Below, one piece after another: positions 53,955 through 64,000 of a DNA stretch of 64,000 nt. The stretch lies in contig JBFEOO010000009.1 of assembly GCA_041550555.1 (NCBI GenBank), positions 2,162 to 66,161 of the forward strand, written 5' to 3'. The translations under genes and the position numbers were made by a program. How positions within the stretch are numbered: the first letter of the stretch is position 1; every line of letters starts with the position of its first letter. The notes beneath the pieces are model-generated. The model ran no database searches, was not told the DNA's origin, and saw nothing but the letters and a program-made list of their open reading frames with translations. The DNA is from Arenicellales bacterium. GTDB taxonomy: Bacteria; Pseudomonadota; Gammaproteobacteria; Arenicellales; JBFEOO01.

Positions 53955-54707
53955 ATGAACAGCATCGACCTTCGCGGCCGGCGGGCCATCGTCACCGGGG
54001 CAGCTCAGGGAATCGGTCTGTGCATCGTCGAGCGCCTGCTTGCCTCGGGTGCGCACGTGAGCATGTGGGATCGCGATCGCGACCTGCTGGTGCGGACCGC
54101 GGGGGAGCTGGAGCCGTCGGACCGTGTGCACGTCTTCACGGTGGACGTCACCGACGCCGAAGCGGTCGCCGAGGCGGCATCGGAGACGGTCACCGCGCTC
54201 GGCCACGTCGACATTCTGGTCAACAACGCCGGAATCGCGGGTCCAACCTTGCCGTCGTGGGAGTATCCACTGGATGCCTGGCGGGAGGTGATCGATGTGG
54301 ATCTCAACGGCGTCTACTACTGCTGCCGCGCGGTGCTGCCCGGCATGCGCGAGCGCGGCTACGGACGCGTGGTGAACGTCGCGTCGATCGCCGGCAAGGA
54401 GGGCAATCCGAACGCCGCCGCCTACAGCGCGGCGAAAGCCGGGGTGATTGCCTTGACCAAATCCATCGCCAAAGAACTTGCCGATCTCGACATCGCGGTG
54501 AACTGTATAACCCCGGCCGCGGCGCGCACGCGAATTTTTGAGCAGATCAGCCAAGCGCATATCGACTATATGCTCTCGCGAATACCTCGCGGGCGATTCG
54601 TAAAGGTCGAGGAGGTGGCGGCGATGGTGGCTTGGCTCGTCTCCGAGGAGAACTCGTTCACGACGGGTGCGGCGTTCGATTTGAGTGGGGGCCGGGCGAG
54701 CTATTGA
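53955..54707 (+). CDS. SDR, 2-keto-3-deoxy-L-rhamnonate 4-dehydrogenase (LRA5)-like
   Basis: TGAAQGIG, NNAGIAG, SIAGKEGNPNAAAYSAAK, SFTTGAAFDLSGGR; similarity to LRA5 is from recall. Confidence 0.75.
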   Translation: MNSIDLRGRRAIVTGAAQGIGLCIVERLLASGAHVSMWDRDRDLLVRTAGELEPSDRVHVFTVDVTDAEAVAEAASETVTALGHVDILVNNAGIAGPTLPSWEYPLDAWREVIDVDLNGVYYCCRAVLPGMRERGYGRVVNVASIAGKEGNPNAAAYSAAKAGVIALTKSIAKELADLDIAVNCITPAAARTRIFEQISQAHIDYMLSRIPRGRFVKVEEVAAMVAWLVSEENSFTTGAAFDLSGGRASY

Positions 54708-54950
54708 GGACGGCACGGCGCGCCAGCGGTCGCCCGTTTCCGGCGGCCGGGCTTTTCGAGAGCTGATTGCAGCGTCTGACCGATCCGTCGGCTCCCACCG
54801 GGAACGGGGTGTCCGGCCGAGATCGTGCGCCGCCGCGCCATGTCGTGACAGCGGTGCAGAGACCGCGCGGAAAGCTTTCCGTGCCCTGACCGTTCCCCCC
54901 GCCGGGAGGGTGGGCAGGGCGTTCGGGGATGGCCCAACGAGGAGGATGCT

Positions 54951-55943
54951 GTGAACGTTTTGGTGACGGGAGGAACGGGTTTCATCGGCCGACGCCTGGT
55001 GGCAAGGCTGTTGGCCGAGGGTCAGCTGCCTGCATCCGACGGTAGCGGGGAGCAGATCGACGCGATACGGGTGGCGGACATCGTCGAGCCGCCGCAGCCG
55101 CTGCCCAGCGATCCGCGCATCGAGGTCGTCTACGGCGATTTCAGCGAGCCCGGCGCCGCAGAGCGGCTGGTCGATGGCGACACCGGCGCCGTCTTCCACC
55201 TGGCCGCGGTGGTGAGCGGCGAGGCCGAGCAGAATTTCGGGCTCGGCATGCGTGTGAATCTGCACGGCACCGAGCAGCTGCTCGACGCCTGTCGCCGACT
55301 GGGCACGTGCCCGCGGTTCGTGTTCTCGAGCTCGGTCGCTGTGTACGGCGGCGAGATGCCGGCCGTCATCGAGGACGACACGCCGCTCAATCCTCAGACG
55401 TCCTACGGCTCGCAGAAGGCGGTCGGCGAATTGCTCGTGAACGACTACAGCCGCAAAAGCTTCGTCGATGGCCGCGCATTGCGCCTGCCGACGATCATCG
55501 TGCGACCCGGCAAACCGAACCTCGCCGCCTCGTCGTTCGCCAGCTCCGTAGTGCGCGAGCCGCTGCAGGGCGAAGCGTACGCCTGCCCGGTGACCGCCGA
55601 GACCGGCATCTACGTGCTGTCGCCGCGGCGCGTCGTCGACAACCTGATCCATGCGGTGGAGCTGCCGCCGACGGCGTGGGGCGTCAATCGCGCGCTGTTG
55701 CTTCCCGGCATCACCGTATCGGTTGGGCACATGGTGGACGCCCTGCGCCGGGTGGGCGGTGACGCGGTGGCGGAACGGGTCCGCTTCGAGCGCGATCCTT
55801 TCATCGAGAAGATCGTCTACGGCTGGCCGACGCGGTTTTCGGCGCGCCGGGCCGTGGCCATGGGATTCGTCGCCGACGGCAACATCGACGACATCGTCCA
55901 GGCGTTCGTCGAGGACGAGCTCGGCGGACACGTCGCCGGGTGA
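54951..55943 (+). CDS. denD: D-erythronate dehydrogenase-like extended SDR
   Basis: TGGTGFIG, HLAAVVSGEAE, SYGSQK and RLPTIIVRPGKPNLAASSFAS, typical of the DenD family. Confidence 0.75.
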   Translation: MNVLVTGGTGFIGRRLVARLLAEGQLPASDGSGEQIDAIRVADIVEPPQPLPSDPRIEVVYGDFSEPGAAERLVDGDTGAVFHLAAVVSGEAEQNFGLGMRVNLHGTEQLLDACRRLGTCPRFVFSSSVAVYGGEMPAVIEDDTPLNPQTSYGSQKAVGELLVNDYSRKSFVDGRALRLPTIIVRPGKPNLAASSFASSVVREPLQGEAYACPVTAETGIYVLSPRRVVDNLIHAVELPPTAWGVNRALLLPGITVSVGHMVDALRRVGGDAVAERVRFERDPFIEKIVYGWPTRFSARRAVAMGFVADGNIDDIVQAFVEDELGGHVAG

Positions 55944-56034
55944 CGTAGGCGTCGGCGAGGCCCGCCGAACGGCGCGGCCCGCGGCAACGCGACGTGCGTG
56001 GGCACCATCGCAACATTCACGGGAGTCGAGCGTT

Positions 56035-56988
56035 ATGGCGACTAAGCGCAGCAAGCAGGGCAAGCACGGCAAGGCGCCGCGGGTGGGGTTCATCGGCGTG
56101 GGGCTCATGGGGCACGGCATGGCCAAGAATATGCTGCAAAACGGGTACGCCCTGACCGTGATGGTTCACCGCAACAGAAAGCCCGTGAACGATCTGGTGC
56201 GCCGGGGTGCGAAAGAGGCCAAGACGCCGGCGGCGGTGGCCAAGAAGGCCGATGTGGTGTTCTTGTGCGTGACGTCGTCGGTTCAGGTGGAAGAGATCAT
56301 CCGCGGGCGCGCGGGCATAAAGAGCGCGGCGCGGAAGGGTCTCACCGTGGTCGACTGCACGACGGCGGACCCGGTCTCGACGCTGGCGCTCGCGGCGGAG
56401 CTCAAGCCTCTGGGAGTGCGCTTCATCGACGCCCCGCTCGGGCGCACGCCGAGAGAGGCCGAGGCCGGGAAGCTCAACACCTTTGTCGGCGCCGACCGCA
56501 AGACCTTCGACGAGCTCAGGCCTCTGTTCGACACCTGGGCGGAGAACGTGATCCATGTCGGTCCGCCGGGCAACGGCCACAAGATCAAGCTGATCAACAA
56601 CTTCATCGCCATGAGCTACGCGGCGATCTTTGCGGAGGCCTTCACGGCCGCCGAGAAGTCGGGGGTCGGCGCCGAGACCTTGAATGCGGTTGTCGGCGCC
56701 GGGCCGTTGGCGAGCCCGTTCTACAAGATGCTCACCGGCTGGATTCTCGATCGCGACCCCGAGGCGTTCAAGTTCACCCTGGCGAACGCCGCCAAAGACA
56801 TTCGTTACTTCAACAGGCTGGCGGAGTCCCTCGAGCTCGCCGGCGGCGTCAGCGGGGCCGTCAAACAGATGTACGACATTGCACTGGCGCGCGGTGTCGG
56901 CGATCGGTTCGTGCCGAGGCTCGCCGACGACTTTGCCGAGTTCAACGGCGTAACGCTCGACCCGGCAGCGAAAAAGACAGCCGCCTAG
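56035..56988 (+). CDS. Beta-hydroxyacid dehydrogenase family (HIBADH/GarR/LtnD-like)
   Basis: GFIGVGLMG, VDCTT, DAPLGR and KIKLINN (catalytic Lys). Start ATG 56035. Confidence 0.9.
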   Translation: MATKRSKQGKHGKAPRVGFIGVGLMGHGMAKNMLQNGYALTVMVHRNRKPVNDLVRRGAKEAKTPAAVAKKADVVFLCVTSSVQVEEIIRGRAGIKSAARKGLTVVDCTTADPVSTLALAAELKPLGVRFIDAPLGRTPREAEAGKLNTFVGADRKTFDELRPLFDTWAENVIHVGPPGNGHKIKLINNFIAMSYAAIFAEAFTAAEKSGVGAETLNAVVGAGPLASPFYKMLTGWILDRDPEAFKFTLANAAKDIRYFNRLAESLELAGGVSGAVKQMYDIALARGVGDRFVPRLADDFAEFNGVTLDPAAKKTAA

Positions 56989-57060
56989 GCACCCATCCGA
57001 GGGCAGGGCTGGTACCCGGCGCAGCGGTTCTCGCCGCGTGACGATCCCGCACGGACGCTG

Positions 57061-57987
57061 TCAGCCGCGCTGATCCGCGGCGGGGATCAGCGCGCCACGG
57101 AAGGCGATGACCTGCCTGGCGAGGGCGTGCGCCTCGCGGGCGGCGGCCACGCCCGCGAGACCATGGAGCCGAGCAGCCATATACGCCGCATTGAAGGCGT
57201 CGCCTGCGGCCGTGGTGTCGAGCGGTGCCGGCACGGGCGATGGCGCCGGGACCCAGTCGCGCGTCCGCCCTTCGGCGACCAGGCAGGGGTCGGCGCCGTT
57301 CTTGACCACCACCTCGGGGACGCCCCACTCGAGCCAGCGTCGCGCGGTGATCTCGGGGGAGGCGTCGCCGTACAGCGCGCGCTCGTCGGCGTAGGTGGGT
57401 AAAGCCAGGGTGATGCACCGTGCGATCCTCCGGCAGGTGTCGCGGGCCTCGTCGTCGCTCTGCCACAACGCCGGGCGGAAGTTGCTGTCGAAGGCGACCT
57501 GCGCGCCCCGGGTGCGCGCGTCGCCCAGCACGTCGAGCAGGCGCTGGCGACTGCGGGCATCGAGAATGGCTGTCGTGATGCCGGAGGTATAAATGAGGTC
57601 GTAATTGCGCAGGGCGTCGGCGAGCAGCCGATCGCGGCCGTCGTGCAGCAGCGCGCGGCAGGCGGCGTTGTCGCGCCAGTAGTAGAAAGAGCGCTCACCC
57701 TGCTCGTCGTTGGCGATGAGATAGAGTCCTGGCAGTCGGCCGCGCAGGCGGAACACCAGCTCGACACCGAGACCCTCCGCCCGCCACAGAGCGATCATGC
57801 GGGCGCTGAACGGGTCGTCGCCCAACGCCGTGACGTAGTCCACGCGGCAATCGGTGGCGGCGAGACAGCGAACCAGGTACACGGCCGTGTTGAGCGTGTC
57901 GCCCCCGAAGCCCTGCTCCGCGCTGGCACGATCCGCCTCGAGCGCGAACTCGATCATGCACTCGCCGATCGCCGCAATGCGAATCAC
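57061..57987 (-). CDS. kdgK: 2-keto-3-deoxygluconate kinase (PfkB family)
   Basis: IGECMIE, GGDTLNTAVYL, GERSFYYWR, FDSNFRP.LW and DTTAAGDAFN; GTG start overlaps the eda stop. Confidence 0.88.
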   Translation of the reverse strand: MIRIAAIGECMIEFALEADRASAEQGFGGDTLNTAVYLVRCLAATDCRVDYVTALGDDPFSARMIALWRAEGLGVELVFRLRGRLPGLYLIANDEQGERSFYYWRDNAACRALLHDGRDRLLADALRNYDLIYTSGITTAILDARSRQRLLDVLGDARTRGAQVAFDSNFRPALWQSDDEARDTCRRIARCITLALPTYADERALYGDASPEITARRWLEWGVPEVVVKNGADPCLVAEGRTRDWVPAPSPVPAPLDTTAAGDAFNAAYMAARLHGLAGVAAAREAHALARQVIAFRGALIPAADQRG

Positions 57988-58643
57988 GATCGCGCGGCAC
58001 CCAGCCCGGCGGCTTCGCGGGCCAGGCTGTGAATGGTGGCCCAGTCGCGACGCCGCAGGGCGTCGGTGGGGACCATCCACGAGCCGCCCACGCAGGCGAC
58101 GTTCTCGCAGCTCAGGTAGTCCGCTGCGTTGGCGGCGCCGATGCCGCCGGTGGGACAGAAGCGGGCCGACGGGATGACCTTGGCGACGGCGCGCAAGAAG
58201 CCCACCCCGCCGCAGGCCTCGGCGGGGAACAGCTTGAGGCAGGTGAAGTCGCGCGCCAGCAAGCGCATCGCCTCGGACACCGTGCCGACGCCGGGAAGGT
58301 AGGGTATCTCGAGCTCGGCGGCCGCCGCCGCCAGCGCATCGGTGGCGCCGGGTGAGACCGCGAAGTCCGCACCCGCGGCGTGTGCCGCCCGCATGTGGGA
58401 TGGCAGCAGCACCGTGCCGGCGCCGATGGTGACGCCCGGGACGTTCTTGCGGGCCTGTGCGATCGATTCGAGTGCCGCCGCGCTGCGCAGCGTGAATTCG
58501 ACGACCCGCAGGCCAGCCTCGCAGAGGGTCTCGACGAGCGGGGCAGCGGCTGCGGCGTCCTCGACGGTGACCACGGGTATGACGGCGGCTCCCGCAAGCA
58601 GCGCGTCAAGGCGTTCGCCCGGGCTCGCCCGCGCAACCTTCAT
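57984..58643 (-). CDS. eda: KDPG/KHG aldolase
   Basis: VIPVV, EFTLRS, GAGTV, FAVSPG, LKLFPAE (Schiff-base Lys) and FCPTGGI. Confidence 0.95.
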   Translation of the reverse strand: MKVARASPGERLDALLAGAAVIPVVTVEDAAAAAPLVETLCEAGLRVVEFTLRSAAALESIAQARKNVPGVTIGAGTVLLPSHMRAAHAAGADFAVSPGATDALAAAAAELEIPYLPGVGTVSEAMRLLARDFTCLKLFPAEACGGVGFLRAVAKVIPSARFCPTGGIGAANAADYLSCENVACVGGSWMVPTDALRRRDWATIHSLAREAAGLGAARS

Positions 58644-59842
58644 GCGCAATCCGTGACCACGATTACGGCGCCGGGGCGCTCGCGAATGTCCGGCAGCAGC
58701 TCGGTGCCGAGACCGGGACCCTGCGGCGCGAGGATGTAGCCGTTGTCGATGGTCGGAACGACGGTGACGAGCTCGCGGTACCAACCCGCGTAGAACGCGC
58801 GTACCGACTCCTGCACGAGCGCATTGGGTACGCTCAGCGAGAGATGCACCGCTGCCATGAACGCCACCGGGCCGGTGCAGTCGTGCGGCGCCACCGGCCG
58901 ATGGTAGCTGTCCGCCAGGGCCGCGATCTTACGAGCGGTCGTGAGGCCGCCGCACCACACGATGTCCGGCATCACCACGCCGACGGCGCCCGTCTCGAGC
59001 AGATCGCGGTGCGACCAGTGCCCGGCCAGGGTCTCGCTGGCACAGATCGGAGTATTGGTGGCGCGCGCAAGATCGGCCAGCGCCTTGAGGCTGTCCATGC
59101 GCACGGGATCCTCGATCCAGTAGGGCGTGAACGGCTCGAGCGCGCGGGCGATCTGAACTGCTGCCGGGAACCGCCAAAGCGAATGCAGCTCGACCATGAT
59201 GTCCATCTGCCGCCCGACCGCGTCGCGGATGCGGGCGAACGGCTCGAGGGCGCGGTCGAGCTCGGCGGGCGAGATGGCATAGCCGCCCGACGCCGTCGCG
59301 GCGTAGTCGAACGGCCAGATCTTCATGCCGGTAATGCCCTGCTCGAGCAGGCTGTGCGCCAGCTCGGCGGGCCGGTGGAGAAAGCCGTCGAGGTCCTCGT
59401 AAGGTCCCTCGGCGGTGTCGCCGAGGCCCCAATCACGGGTGTCCCAATCGGGCAGGTTGCGCACGTAGCGGTAGCCGGCGCAGGTGTTGTAGGTGCGAAT
59501 TCGCTCGCGTGTGAGACCGCCCAGCAGCTGGTAGACCGGCTGCTCGCTGTACTTGCCGAACAGATCCCAGAGCGCGACGTCGATGGCCGAACGCCCCCGC
59601 GTCTCGGCGCCGGCGCCGCTGAAACCAACGTAGGGCATGAGCTCCGTGGCGATGCGCTCGATTTCGAGGGGACTGCGGCCGAGCAGCTTGGGTGCCGCCG
59701 ACTCGTGCACGTAGGCCTCGACGGCACGCGCGCCGAAGTAGGTTTCGCCCAACCCGCTCAGGCCTTCCGAGGTGTGGACGAGCACCCACAGCACGTTGCC
59801 GAACTCGGGCAGGCGAATGGTCTCGATGGCGGTGATTCTCAC
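58640..59842 (-). CDS. Enolase superfamily (MR/MLE) acid-sugar dehydratase-like protein
   Basis: GLGET, SAIDVALWD..GK, MKIWPF, MVELH, WIED, SET, MPD, PHDCTGP and PGLG; GTG start at 59842; ATGA overlap with eda. Confidence 0.9.
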   Translation of the reverse strand: MRITAIETIRLPEFGNVLWVLVHTSEGLSGLGETYFGARAVEAYVHESAAPKLLGRSPLEIERIATELMPYVGFSGAGAETRGRSAIDVALWDLFGKYSEQPVYQLLGGLTRERIRTYNTCAGYRYVRNLPDWDTRDWGLGDTAEGPYEDLDGFLHRPAELAHSLLEQGITGMKIWPFDYAATASGGYAISPAELDRALEPFARIRDAVGRQMDIMVELHSLWRFPAAVQIARALEPFTPYWIEDPVRMDSLKALADLARATNTPICASETLAGHWSHRDLLETGAVGVVMPDIVWCGGLTTARKIAALADSYHRPVAPHDCTGPVAFMAAVHLSLSVPNALVQESVRAFYAGWYRELVTVVPTIDNGYILAPQGPGLGTELLPDIRERPGAVIVVTDCA

Positions 59843-59999
59843 GATGCATTGCCTCGCTGGTATGCTAGACCGCCGCTCGGCCTGGCTCGCGCCGCCTCGG
59901 CAGCAGCTCGGTGGCTGCGGTTGGCCGCAAAGTCCGGGCGTCGAAGTGTAAAGCACAACGGGCCCGATACCACCCGACCGTATTCAGGAGGAGCCGGAC

Positions 60000-60689
60000 A
60001 TGATCGAAGATCCCCCGCTTCTGACTATTCGCCGTCACTTCGAGCGGCCGCCCGCCGCAGCCGTCGCGGCGCTACGCGGTGTGGCCACCGGGCCGCTCGT
60101 CGACTGCATGGAGGGACGGGGTGCGCTGGCCCACTCGATCAAGCCGCTCGACGCCGATTGCGCGGTGTTCGCCGGCGTCGCGGTAACGTGCTGGGCGGGC
60201 CCGGCGGACAACCTCGCCGTGTTCGGCGCCCTGACGGCGGTGACCGCGGGTGACGTGATCGTCGCCGCTACCGACGGTTTTACCGCGACCTGTATCAGCG
60301 GTGATCTGCTCGTCGGCATGGCCCGTAACGCCGGCGCTGGCGCCTTCGTCACCGATGGCCTGCTGCGCGATAGCGACGGCATCCGGCGGGTCGGCATTCC
60401 GGTGTTCGCCGCGGGGGTGACGCCGAACTCGCCTGCCCGCAACGGCCCTGGAACGGTCGGTCAGCCGATCACGCTCGGCGGGGTGTGCGTCGCTTCCGGT
60501 GACGTCGTCGTCGGTGATCGCGATGGGGTGGTCGTGGTCCCGCGCGAGCGCCTCGACGGCGTCCTCGCCCGTCTTGCGCGGGTGGCCGATGCCGAGGCGG
60601 CGCTCGAGGCCAAGGTGGCCGCCGGGCTGACGATCCCCGACTTCTTCCAGAGCGTCATCGACTCGGGACGCATCGAAGAGATCGACTGA
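60000..60689 (+). CDS. RraA/HMG-aldolase family protein
   Basis: DCMEGRG, AGDVIV, GDLL, VTDGLLRD and GDVVVGDRDGVVVVP. Confidence 0.88.
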   Translation: MIEDPPLLTIRRHFERPPAAAVAALRGVATGPLVDCMEGRGALAHSIKPLDADCAVFAGVAVTCWAGPADNLAVFGALTAVTAGDVIVAATDGFTATCISGDLLVGMARNAGAGAFVTDGLLRDSDGIRRVGIPVFAAGVTPNSPARNGPGTVGQPITLGGVCVASGDVVVGDRDGVVVVPRERLDGVLARLARVADAEAALEAKVAAGLTIPDFFQSVIDSGRIEEID

Positions 60690-60741
60690 ACGCGGGTCGG
60701 GCCCCGCGGAGCCCGTCGTGCGCCCGCTGCCTGCGCTCGCG

Positions 60742-61908
<1,167 letters not shown>

Positions 61909-62221
61909 GATATAGTTGCGCGGGCCGCGGCCGAAGCTCGCGGTGTGGTTGCTCGCGCGCCGGCGGCTGCCCCGTGCGCCGCTCGTCTTCCAAGAGAAAT
62001 GCGCGGAGCGGGATGCCGCGGGGTGGGCGCATCGTGACGGGCTCGGAAGCGATCTTCGCTCCGGGACCGGCTCCGACCTCATCACCCCCACCAGCCGCGG
62101 CGTGCCGGGTGAGCGCTATGCGCTTTTCGCGCGGCGGGGCGCTCCGGTGGCAGACGCCCTCCGGGCACGGCGATCGACCACTATACAGGATCACGGGCGA
62201 GCAGATGATGGCGGTACGGCA

Positions 62222-64000
62222 ATGACGGCGGCAATGGAGCTGGAGTTCGACAGCATCGCTCGGCTGCCTGCCGCCGGGGACAACGTGGCCATCGCCACCG
62301 AGCGGCTGGCGGCCGGTGTTCGCGTGCGCCACCGGGGCAGTGTTTTCGCGCTTTCCCACGACGTGCTCGAGGGGCACCGTTTTGCGTCGGCCCCCGTCGC
62401 GGCGGGGTCCCCGCTGCTGTCCTGGGGCCTGCCGTTTGGCATCGCCACGCGCGACATCCTCCCCGGGGAATACGCCTGCAACGAGAAAATCCTGCGTGTG
62501 CTGGCCGAGCGCGACGTCGGATTTGCGCTCCCGGCAGAGCCCAACTTCCGCGATTATCTGCAACCCCACGGAGGCGGCTTCAGCGTCGGGCAACAGGTTG
62601 CGCCCGCGGCGGTGGCCGGGGGGTTCGAGGGCTTCCGGCGATCGGGTGGGCGCGGCGTCGGTACGCGCAACGTCATCGTCATCCTGGCCACGACGTCGCG
62701 CACCGCCGCTTTCGCGGAGCGCCTCGCGGCGAGCGTGCGTGGACGCGCGGCGTCCGCCCGCGGCGTCGACGGCGTGTGCGCCGTGACGCACACCGAGGGC
62801 GGCGGTGAACGGCGCCCGCACAATCTCGAGTTCGTGCTGCGCACCCTGGCGGGCTTCATGGTGCACCCGAATGTTGCCGCTGTGCTGGCCGTCGATGACG
62901 GTGCCGGGGCATTCGACAACCGCGACCTCGAGCGCTATGCGCGGGACAACCGCTATCCCCTCGATCACGTACGGCACCGCTTCGCGACGCTGGCCGGGGA
63001 CGCCGCCAGTGAGCTCGCCGCCTGGGAGCGTGTGGTGGTCGATTGGCTTGGCGAGGCCGATGGTGCCGAACGCACCGTGGCACCGCTCGGCGCGCTGAAG
63101 ATTGCGCTGCAGTGCGGGGGCTCGGACGCCTTTTCGGGTGTGTCGGGCAATGCGCTCGCGGGGTGGGTGGCCAAGGAGCTGCTGCGTCACGGGGGCAGCG
63201 CCAATCTGGCGGAAACCGACGAGCTGATCGGCGCCGAGCCGTACGTGCTCGCCAACGTGCGCGACGCCGACACCGCCCGGGCGTTTCTGCACAAGATCGA
63301 GGTGTTCAAAGAACGCGCCCGTCATCACGGCGCCAGCGCCGAAGGCAACCCATCAGGGGGAAACAATTACCGCGGCCTGTACAACATCGCCCTCAAATCG
63401 ATCGGCGCGGCGCGCAAGAAGGATCCCGATGTGCGGCTCGACCACGTCATCGACTACGGCGCCCCCATGACCGCGCCGGGTTACTACTTCATGGACAGCC
63501 CGGGTAACGATCTCGAGAGCATCGCCGGGCAGGTGGCTTCCGGCGCAAACCTGATCCTGTTCATTACCGGCAACGGCTCGATTACCAATTTCCCGTTCGT
63601 GCCGACGCTCAAGTTCGTCACCACCACGGGGCGTTTCGGCATGCTGTCCGGCGAGATGGACGTCAACGCCGGCCGCTACAACGACGGCCTGCCGATGGAG
63701 CAGCTCGGCCGCGAGACGTTCGATCTCATGGTGCGGGTCGCCAGCGGCCAACGCAGCAAAGGCGAGACGGCTGGCCACGCCCAGGTGCAGATTTGGCGCG
63801 ACTGGCCGCGAACCGACGCGAGTGGTCTGGATGCGCTGCGCGCTGCCCCCGAGGCGGACGGCCGGCCGCTTGCTGTCGTGCCGGGACCGCCCGCGAAGCT
63901 AGACTTCGAGGCGCTGGCCGGTGAGCGCGGCCCGGCGTGCGACCAGGTCGGTCTGATAATGCCCACGAGTTTGTGCTCGGGGCAGATTGCGCGCCTCATC
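62222..64000 (+). CDS. UxaA/GarD-family dehydratase with N-terminal SAF domain, 3' truncated by the window (not in the ORF track)
   Basis: Open frame from ATG 62222 to the window end; GDNVAIA SAF domain, GVGTRN, HTEGGG, LQCGGSDAFSG, ETDELIG, GNPSGGN, FMDSPG.D, LFITGNG. Confidence 0.92.
   Translation, partial: MTAAMELEFDSIARLPAAGDNVAIATERLAAGVRVRHRGSVFALSHDVLEGHRFASAPVAAGSPLLSWGLPFGIATRDILPGEYACNEKILRVLAERDVGFALPAEPNFRDYLQPHGGGFSVGQQVAPAAVAGGFEGFRRSGGRGVGTRNVIVILATTSRTAAFAERLAASVRGRAASARGVDGVCAVTHTEGGGERRPHNLEFVLRTLAGFMVHPNVAAVLAVDDGAGAFDNRDLERYARDNRYPLDHVRHRFATLAGDAASELAAWERVVVDWLGEADGAERTVAPLGALKIALQCGGSDAFSGVSGNALAGWVAKELLRHGGSANLAETDELIGAEPYVLANVRDADTARAFLHKIEVFKERARHHGASAEGNPSGGNNYRGLYNIALKSIGAARKKDPDVRLDHVIDYGAPMTAPGYYFMDSPGNDLESIAGQVASGANLILFITGNGSITNFPFVPTLKFVTTTGRFGMLSGEMDVNAGRYNDGLPMEQLGRETFDLMVRVASGQRSKGETAGHAQVQIWRDWPRTDASGLDALRAAPEADGRPLAVVPGPPAKLDFEALAGERGPACDQVGLIMPTSLCSGQIARLI

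Overview
GC-rich chromosomal window, probably from a gammaproteobacterium (inferred from gene order and valS type). No CRISPR array, integrase, transposase or rRNA was recognised. 1-24.8 kb is mostly core: tig-clpP-clpX-lon-hupB-tRNA-Val-tRNA-Asp-ppiD, fabI, a peptide-type ABC operon with no ATPase gene, rsmJ-rsmE, valS-hypothetical-holC-pepA, lptFG and an RDD gene. 24.8-39.1 kb is mixed: a DnaA-box cluster, a TauD-family dioxygenase, an atypical RNase HII, glgB-glgX-malQ, DUF72, tRNA-Arg(CCT), a GGT-family enzyme and aspartate dehydrogenase. 39.1-43.8 kb is the strongest novelty candidate. A CHASE2 adenylate cyclase is divergent from a secreted 525-aa protein and a stand-alone truncated FecR-domain protein. 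The 525-aa protein appears to carry the missing C-terminal part of the FecR fold plus two tandem degenerate ParB/Srx-like domains. 43.9-64 kb holds an HpxW-like enzyme and a large sugar-acid catabolic cluster with a decayed Gfo/Idh/MocA pseudogene and a UxaA-family gene running off the window. All assignments come from motif recognition by eye; no database searches were run, and several start codons were moved from the ORF track to more plausible positions.
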